From Parcubacteria group bacterium (GTDB lineage: Bacteria > Patescibacteriota > Minisyncoccia > JACPHC01): 64,000 bases of DNA. Within the stretch, counting starts at the first letter, position 1. Every line of letters begins with the position of its first letter. Made by a program: the position numbers and the translations under genes. Where the stretch lies: contig JACPHC010000007.1 of the NCBI GenBank assembly GCA_016188775.1, forward strand, positions 28,097 to 92,096, given 5' to 3'. Positions 58,092 to 64,000 of the stretch are shown here, piece by piece. Below the pieces are notes generated by a model. That model ran no database searches, was not told the DNA's origin, and saw only the letters and a program-made list of their open reading frames with translations.

Positions 58092-60257
58092 ATGATAAAA
58101 AAAAATATATTAAAGAAAATTATTCGCTTGGGCGTGTATTTAATAATTTTTACCCCTCTTTTAGTTTTTTCTGCCACTATTTATCCTGCTTTGACCGGAA
58201 AAGTTGTTATTTTCCGTATTTTAATTGAAATTTTATTTATTTTTTGGCTTTTCTTGATTTTTTTTTATAAAGAATATCGGCCCAATTTAAAATCTCCGCT
58301 TTTTTTGTCAATTTTTATATTTATATCAGTTTCTTTTATCTCCGCTTTTTTAGGAATTAATCCTTGGCAAAGTTTTTTCAGCACTGCCGACCGTTTAATG
58401 GGTATTTTCACTTGGCTGCATTTTTTTGGTCTTTTTTTGATAATTTCAATTTTCTCTAAAGAGGAGCGGGAAAAATTTTTAAAACTTACCTTATTCGTCA
58501 GTTTTCTCGTTAGCCTTTCCGCGATTTATCAAAGAATTAATCCCGATTTTCTTTCTTTTGGCAGCAGCGAACGTCTGGCCGGCACTATTGAAAACCCGGG
58601 TTTTTTTGCCAGTTATTTAATTCCGCATATTTTTTTGGCCCTGTATTTTGTTTTTCAGAATTATTCCGCATCCAATATCTCAAATTTTATATTTTACATT
58701 TTTTATTCCCAATATTTTTGGCTTCTTCTTCTGGAATCTTTGATGTTGTTTTTTACCGGCACTCGGGGCGCGATTTTAGCTTTTGGATTTACTTTGATTT
58801 TATTAGTTTTTCTTTTTAGTTTTACGAGGCTAAGCCTCGTAAAAAGCGATTTTAAAAATTCGTTTCCGAAGTTTTTTAGACGTCCGGCATCTTTAATTTT
58901 GGCAGTTTTAATATTAATTTTTGCTCTAGGTTTTCTTTTTCGCCATCAACCGTTTTTTTATCAGATTCCATTTTTGAAACGTTTCGCCGGACTTTCTTTT
59001 AACGATCCGACAATTCAGACGAGATTTTTAACTTGGAAAATAGCTTTTAAGGGATGGCAAGAACGGCCATTTTTTGGCTGGGGTCCGGAAAATTTTAATA
59101 TTCCATTTAATAAATATTATGATCCGTCTTTTTTGAAATACGGTTTTCAAGAAACATGGTTTGACCGGGCGCATAATATCATTTTTGATAATTTAATAGC
59201 CGCCGGTCTTTTAGGTCTTATTAGTTATTTGGCTATTTTTTTCAGCGCTTTTTATTTGATTTTTAAATCAAAGGAATTTATAACTCAAAAATTAGTTTTA
59301 ATCGCCGGACTTCTCGCCTATTTTATTCAAAATCTTTTTATTTTTGATACCTTTGTCGGTTTATTGCCTTTATTTTTAGTTTTTGGTTTTATCAATACTC
59401 AATCCGTTTCCCGGCCTTTATTGGAATTATCCGGCAAAACCGGAAAAATTTTAAAATTATTTATTTTTTTTGTCGTCGGAGCATTAATTTTTACAGCCTT
59501 AGTTGTAAATTTTTCCACTTTTAAAAACGCTGTTAGTTTAAGAAACGCCATTTTAGCTGAATTGAAGAATAATTTTAATCTTTCCAGAAATATAACTAAA
59601 AAAAATTTAAGTTCTTTTTATCCTTATAAAGAAGAAACTGGCTTGCAATTTATGGCATTTATAAAACAATCTTTTGATAAAGGGTTAGATAGAGGAGAAG
59701 CGATTCAAGATATAAAATTAGCGGAAGATTTTTTTTCTTTAATCTCCTCCCGCCACAAAAAAAATTCGTTTTTATATTTCCAATATGGCAATTTTTTAAA
59801 TTCAGCCGCTAATTACGATAAAGCTTATCTCGCTAAAACCGATGAAGTGTTTAATAAAGCTTTGGAATTAAGCCCTCGGCGTCAGCAAATTCATCATTCT
59901 CTTGGAGTTAATAAAATAATGGAAGGAGAATATGAAGAGGCGATTTGGATATTTAAAAAATCCGCTTCTTTTTATAACGCGGCTCCCGATCCCCATTTTT
60001 ATTTAGGTCTTGCTTATTTTGCGATGAAAGACGAGAAAAACGGATTTGTTGAAATTGAGAAAGCCTTGGAATTCGGCTACACTGCGAAAACGCCGGAAGA
60101 AGGATTATATTTAGGGGATATTTATGAAAAAAATATTAATCTTCAAAAAGCCCTTTTTTTCTACGAATCGGCTTTATCGCTGGATCCGCAAAACAAAAAA
60201 ATTCAAGCCAAAGTTGAAACGATTAAAAATCAATTAAATAATGAAACTTCCAACTGA
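58092..60257 (+). CDS. polytopic membrane protein with an O-antigen-ligase/polymerase-like (Wzy_C) domain and C-terminal TPR repeats
   Basis: At least 10 transmembrane helices; WGPENF...FDRAHNIIFD (Wzy_C AHN motif); a C-terminal TPR region of about 250 aa. The start is moved to MIKKNIL because the listed start lies inside the repeat. Confidence 0.6.
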   Translation: MIKKNILKKIIRLGVYLIIFTPLLVFSATIYPALTGKVVIFRILIEILFIFWLFLIFFYKEYRPNLKSPLFLSIFIFISVSFISAFLGINPWQSFFSTADRLMGIFTWLHFFGLFLIISIFSKEEREKFLKLTLFVSFLVSLSAIYQRINPDFLSFGSSERLAGTIENPGFFASYLIPHIFLALYFVFQNYSASNISNFIFYIFYSQYFWLLLLESLMLFFTGTRGAILAFGFTLILLVFLFSFTRLSLVKSDFKNSFPKFFRRPASLILAVLILIFALGFLFRHQPFFYQIPFLKRFAGLSFNDPTIQTRFLTWKIAFKGWQERPFFGWGPENFNIPFNKYYDPSFLKYGFQETWFDRAHNIIFDNLIAAGLLGLISYLAIFFSAFYLIFKSKEFITQKLVLIAGLLAYFIQNLFIFDTFVGLLPLFLVFGFINTQSVSRPLLELSGKTGKILKLFIFFVVGALIFTALVVNFSTFKNAVSLRNAILAELKNNFNLSRNITKKNLSSFYPYKEETGLQFMAFIKQSFDKGLDRGEAIQDIKLAEDFFSLISSRHKKNSFLYFQYGNFLNSAANYDKAYLAKTDEVFNKALELSPRRQQIHHSLGVNKIMEGEYEEAIWIFKKSASFYNAAPDPHFYLGLAYFAMKDEKNGFVEIEKALEFGYTAKTPEEGLYLGDIYEKNINLQKALFFYESALSLDPQNKKIQAKVETIKNQLNNETSN

Positions 60258-62427
60258 AAAAAAACTTATTCAAATTTCAGTCATTCTTATTTTTTTATCA
60301 TTATTCTTGCCATCATTTCGTTTTAAAAGTCAGCTTTTTATTCCTTTTAAGTCTTTGCTTTTTCAATTTTTTGTTAGTTTATTATTTTTGATTTATTTTT
60401 ATCTGACGCTTAATAATTCCAAATTTCGTCCTAAATTTTCCTGGTTAAACTTAGCTGTTATTTTATTTTTAATCTCTTCTTTAATTTCTTTATTTTTTGG
60501 GGTTAATCCGGAGAAAAGTTTCTTCGGAACTCTTGAAAGAATGGGGGGATTTCTCTCTCTTTTTTATTATGGCGTTCTCTTTTTTATTTTAAGTCATTTA
60601 TTTAAAGGAGAATACCAAGAAAAATGGCGAAAATTTATAAATTGGAGTTTAATCGCCGGCTTTCTCGCTGCTTTTTGGGGAATAGGACAATGGCTAAAAA
60701 TCTCTTTTTTATTTTTTGAAGGAGAACGGGTAAGCGGGCCGATCGGCAATCCGATTTTTTTCGCTGCTTATCTTCTTTTTATGGTATTTTTTAGTTTATT
60801 ATTTTTTTTGGAATCAAAAACAAAACAAGCAAAAATTTTATACAGCTCTGTTTTGATGATTTCTGTCTTCGCGATCATTCTTTCCGGAAGTCGGGCAGTC
60901 TCCCTCAGTCTTATTTTAGGGTTAATTTTTTTCAGCCTTTTTTACGCTTTTTTAACTCAAAATAAAAAAATAAAAAAAATTTCCGTCGCCGTCGCGATTT
61001 TTATTATTTTGATATTCGGTTCAATTTTATTTTTTAAAAATCAGCCTTTTATTCAAAATAATTTTTATCTTTCTCGATTAGCTCTCGGTTCTTTAAAAGA
61101 TTTTCGGAATCGGTATCTCGCTTGGCAGATCAGTTGGGAAGCTTTTAAAGAGCGGCCCGTTTTTGGCTGGGGCGAGGAAAATTTTAAAATCGCTTTTAAC
61201 AAATATTTTAGTCCAGCCTATTTTGACACGCCAACAGCGGAAGTTTTTTTTGATCGCGCCCATAATGTTATTTTTGATCGCTTAACAAGCATTGGAATCG
61301 TTGGCCTTTTGAGCTATCTTTTTATTTTTCTCGCTATTTATTTGACAGTTTTTCAATTAAAAAAAGGAAAAAAAATAAACGAAGGCCAATTTGTCATTTT
61401 TCTTGTTTTGCCCGCGGCGTATTTTTTGCAGAATTTTTTCGCTTTTGACACCTTCCCGACCTATCTTAAGTTTTTCTTTTTTTTAGCGTATTTAAATTCG
61501 TTTGTTTTAGGTGGCGAGCCCAAAAATAAATTTGAGTTTTTTAAAAAAATAAATTTTCCGTCTCAATATCGTCTTTTTATTTTTATTCCGGTTTCTTTTT
61601 TGATATTTTTCGCGATTTATAAATTTAATATTAAGCCGCTAATTTCAATTTTTTATTATGTTAAGTCTCAAAACGTCCAATTATTGCCAGAAGCGTTGAA
61701 ATACTACAAAAAATCCGTTTCTTTTAATACCTTCGCCAACGCTGACATTCATGATTATTTTTCAAGGCGGTTTTTTCAAAATGTCGCCAATGATTTTATA
61801 AAAACAAAAGAAGAGAAACAAAAATATCTTTTAATGGCCGAGGAGGCGATGCGAAAAGCCGCGATTCTAGACCCCCAAAATTCTGATTTTTGGCTGAAAT
61901 TAGCCGGAATTCAAATAATGCTTGTAGAAAATGACATTAAAGAAGGACTGGAAAGAGCGGAAATTTCTTTAAAAAAAGTTTTGGAATTAAGTCCAAATAA
62001 TTTGCCCGCCCTTCTTGATCTAGCGGAGGTTAAAAGACTTCAGGACCGGCCGGAAATATTTTTAGAGCTGGCAAAAAAGGGCGTAGCATTAAATTCGAAA
62101 TCATCCGTGGCGCATTGGTATTTAGCCGCGGCTTATATCGCGAATAAAAATGAAATTGACGCGCAAAAAGAATTTGATATCGCTTACGGTTCAGGCTACA
62201 AAGAGGATATTCGAGATTTAAGATATCTGGCGGGCATTTATCGAAAATTAAATCAATGGCAGAAAGTCGCGAAATTTTACGAAGAAATTATAAAAAAAGA
62301 TTCAACAAACGCGGATTTTTATCTGCGACTGGCTGAGGCTTATTATAATTTAGGAAAAATCGATCAAGCGGAGAAAATTTTTGAAAAAGCGAAAACGATT
62401 AATCTCGATTTGGAAAAAATAAAATAG
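60241..62427 (+). CDS. tandem paralogue: Wzy_C-like polytopic membrane protein with C-terminal TPR repeats
   Basis: WGEENF...FDRAHNVIFD; same architecture as the upstream gene; 17-nt overlap with it. Confidence 0.6.
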   Translation: MKLPTEKKLIQISVILIFLSLFLPSFRFKSQLFIPFKSLLFQFFVSLLFLIYFYLTLNNSKFRPKFSWLNLAVILFLISSLISLFFGVNPEKSFFGTLERMGGFLSLFYYGVLFFILSHLFKGEYQEKWRKFINWSLIAGFLAAFWGIGQWLKISFLFFEGERVSGPIGNPIFFAAYLLFMVFFSLLFFLESKTKQAKILYSSVLMISVFAIILSGSRAVSLSLILGLIFFSLFYAFLTQNKKIKKISVAVAIFIILIFGSILFFKNQPFIQNNFYLSRLALGSLKDFRNRYLAWQISWEAFKERPVFGWGEENFKIAFNKYFSPAYFDTPTAEVFFDRAHNVIFDRLTSIGIVGLLSYLFIFLAIYLTVFQLKKGKKINEGQFVIFLVLPAAYFLQNFFAFDTFPTYLKFFFFLAYLNSFVLGGEPKNKFEFFKKINFPSQYRLFIFIPVSFLIFFAIYKFNIKPLISIFYYVKSQNVQLLPEALKYYKKSVSFNTFANADIHDYFSRRFFQNVANDFIKTKEEKQKYLLMAEEAMRKAAILDPQNSDFWLKLAGIQIMLVENDIKEGLERAEISLKKVLELSPNNLPALLDLAEVKRLQDRPEIFLELAKKGVALNSKSSVAHWYLAAAYIANKNEIDAQKEFDIAYGSGYKEDIRDLRYLAGIYRKLNQWQKVAKFYEEIIKKDSTNADFYLRLAEAYYNLGKIDQAEKIFEKAKTINLDLEKIK

Positions 62428-62585
62428 TTATCCACATTGACACGATTTTTCAATATGAAATAATTAAAATAGAGCAGATGATTATTTACGATCTTTCAAA
62501 AAATAATGAGCGAGTCGTCATCGCTTGTTAAAATTAAAAAGTTTAAAACTTAAATTTAAAAATTTATGTTTTAAACAAAACCTAG

Positions 62586-62624
62586 ATGGCAGCCAAGAAA
62601 AAGGCCAAGAAGAAAAAGAAGTAA
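62586..62624 (+). other. micro-ORF encoding MAAKKKAKKKKK followed immediately by a strong terminator
   Basis: A 12-codon Lys-rich ORF; the terminator hairpin at 62633..62667 begins 9 nt after its stop. Confidence 0.2.
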
Positions 62625-62632
62625 TTTTATTT

Positions 62633-62667
62633 CAACCTCTCCTAATAATAGGAGAGGTTGATTTTTT
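62633..62667 (+). terminator. rho-independent terminator (aacctctcc/ggagaggtt)
   Basis: 9-bp stem, 8-nt loop, T-tract. Confidence 0.55.
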
Positions 62668-62696
62668 ATTCTTTAAATTATAATTTGACAAAAACT

Positions 62697-62730
62697 TTGA
62701 TACTACTTAGTATTAAAGAAAATGTTAAAA
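62697..62730. repeat. degenerate copy of the 60-bp palindromic element (tttgatactacttagtattaaagaaaatg)
   Basis: Differs from the core tttcatactacgtagtatgaaagaaaatg at 3 positions. It lies about 55 bp upstream of the yerC-like gene. Confidence 0.45.
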
Positions 62731-62782
62731 AATAAAATATAAATTGTATTAAATTAATTTTTTTTAAATATCCTAAATTTAG

Positions 62783-63313
62783 ATGGCTAAATTTTTAAAA
62801 AGGAATCGTTTAACCAAAGAAGAGCAAGAAAAAGCGGTGCTTACTCTTTGCCAGGCCTTGGTTGTTATTAAAGATTTTAATGAGGCGGCAAGTTTACTTG
62901 TTGATCTTTTTTCACGTCAAGAAATGGAAATGATAGCCAAACGTTTAATGATTGCTAAATTTCTTATTCAAGGGAAAAGTTACGATGATATTCGTCAAAA
63001 TCTAAAAGTGAGTCATGCTACTATCGCGAGGGTTAGCTCTTGGCTAGAACAATCCGGCGCGGGGTATCGTTTAGTGATTGAACGGTCAAAAAATTTAAAA
63101 TTATCAGAATTATCAAAAAGCAAGATTTCCAATTGGAGTCAATTGAGACGACGTTATCCTTTATATTTTTGGCCCCAGATTCTTCTTGAAGAAATAGTTC
63201 GTAAAGCGCAAAAAAGAGATCGAGATAAATTACTTAATACCTTAGATGTATTGAAAAAAGCGGGAGAAAAGAATCAACTTTTTAAACAATTAGAAAATCT
63301 TTTAAGAAGATAA
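62783..63313 (+). CDS. TrpR-related YerC/YecD-family DNA-binding protein
   Basis: AKRLMIAKFLIQGKSYDDIRQNLKVSHATIARVS matches the Trp-repressor-like HTH pattern; 176 aa. Confidence 0.5.
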   Translation: MAKFLKRNRLTKEEQEKAVLTLCQALVVIKDFNEAASLLVDLFSRQEMEMIAKRLMIAKFLIQGKSYDDIRQNLKVSHATIARVSSWLEQSGAGYRLVIERSKNLKLSELSKSKISNWSQLRRRYPLYFWPQILLEEIVRKAQKRDRDKLLNTLDVLKKAGEKNQLFKQLENLLRR

Positions 63314-63335
63314 AATTTAATTATATTAATTATTA

Positions 63336-63390
63336 CATTTTCTTTCATACTACGTAGTATGAAAGAAAATTTAATTTTGATTTTGAAACC
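63336..63390. repeat. right (inverted) copy of the 60-bp palindromic element, with the GGTTTCAAAATCAA arm on the outside
   Basis: cattttctttcatactacgtagtatgaaagaaaat plus ttaattttgattttgaaacc. It is the reverse complement of the left copy's outer arm. Confidence 0.65.
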
Positions 63391-63588
63391 CCCTGATGAA
63401 AATGAAAATTTCATCTAACGCCTTATTTTCCGTTTGTTTTTCAAAACAGATTATCTCCATTACAATTTATGATGACAATTCAGCCGGAGTTATTACCTAT
63501 TAATTTGCCTCAGGAGTCCAAAATTGGGTGGCATTATGCATTGATTTGACATTTTATTATCATTTGTTAGTTTTAAATTTATCAAAAT

Positions 63589-64000
63589 ATGATTAAAAAT
63601 ATATTCACAAAACAAAATTTAAAGCGAGTCGGGATTGTTATTTTAGGTCTTCTCGCTCTTTTTTTTATCATTATCTTAGCCGGGGATAAATATTACAAAT
63701 ATAGCCAAGAAAAAGCTCAAAAGAAACTTGTTGAGGAAATGAACAGGCCTTATTTGGAAGATACTTATGGAGGAAAAACGCCGGAGGAGACTTTCGCGAT
63801 GTTTTTGGACGCGCTTAAAAAAGGAGATATTGAATTGGCGAGTAAGTATTTTGTGATTGGTAATTTTCAAGAAGAGAATAAAAAATATCTAAAAATATTA
63901 GAAGAAAAAAATAATTTATCACAGTCAATTCAACAATGGGAAGACGCATTAATCTCCGGAACCAAATTTGAAGGAGAAAAAAATGATTATTCTATAACCT
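63589..64000 (+). CDS. membrane-anchored hypothetical protein; the 5' part of a gene that continues past the window end
   Basis: ATG at 63589, a transmembrane helix (VGIVILGLLALFFIIILAG), and an open frame to position 64000. It is not in the ORF track because there is no stop in the window. Confidence 0.4.
   Translation, partial: MIKNIFTKQNLKRVGIVILGLLALFFIIILAGDKYYKYSQEKAQKKLVEEMNRPYLEDTYGGKTPEETFAMFLDALKKGDIELASKYFVIGNFQEENKKYLKILEEKNNLSQSIQQWEDALISGTKFEGEKNDYSIT

Overview
The window is low-GC bacterial DNA whose gene content resembles a Candidate Phyla Radiation (Patescibacteria-like) genome. That assignment is inference only.

The core genes are recG, ligA, gatC-gatA, murD, pheS-pheT, gyrB, a glutamate dehydrogenase, a YjbQ protein and cell-wall remodelling enzymes (an L,D-transpeptidase/M23 peptidase and a lytic transglycosylase). 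There is also an ABC importer, and a minus-strand two-component cluster at 4.7-8.4 kb: one histidine kinase, a free-standing copy of its sensor domain, and three single-domain response regulators. A large type IV pilus / competence locus (comF, pilMNO, pilB, pilT, pilC, pilD, two major pilins, three minor pilins and an embedded receiver protein) spans 14.5-27 kb. I call six tRNAs: Arg-GCG, Ser-TGA, Ser-GCT, an initiator-like Met-CAT, an elongator Met/Ile-CAT and Asp-GTC.

On top of this sit several structures that ordinary annotation would not explain:

1. Four repeat families. (a) A GC-rich hairpin element of about 50 nt, with roughly 180-nt full-length copies, one of which truncates a hicA toxin gene. 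(b) A 32-bp palindrome that sits next to stable-RNA genes. (c) Inverted-repeat miniature elements built on GTCATTGCGAG...GAAGCAATC, one pair of which brackets a decayed GIY-YIG nuclease gene. (d) A 60-bp palindromic element present as inverted copies at 51.4 kb and 63.4 kb.

2. The copies in (d) bracket an accessory module of about 12 kb. It holds a winged-helix DNA-binding protein followed by an iteron-like array, a 1270-aa peptidoglycan-binding repeat surface protein, two tandem O-antigen-ligase-like (Wzy_C)-TPR membrane proteins, a hicB / truncated-hicA pair and a TrpR/YerC-like regulator.

3. Two tRNA genes (the initiator-like Met and Asp) are each followed by an insertion of 60-140 nt and then a second copy of the tRNA 3' end, which looks like the scar of site-specific integration.

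4. A block at 10.2-14.4 kb has higher GC, carries secreted proteins and abuts tRNA-Ser.

No CRISPR array, rRNA, transposase or integrase was recognised. No recombinase, replicase or defence gene accompanies any of these features.
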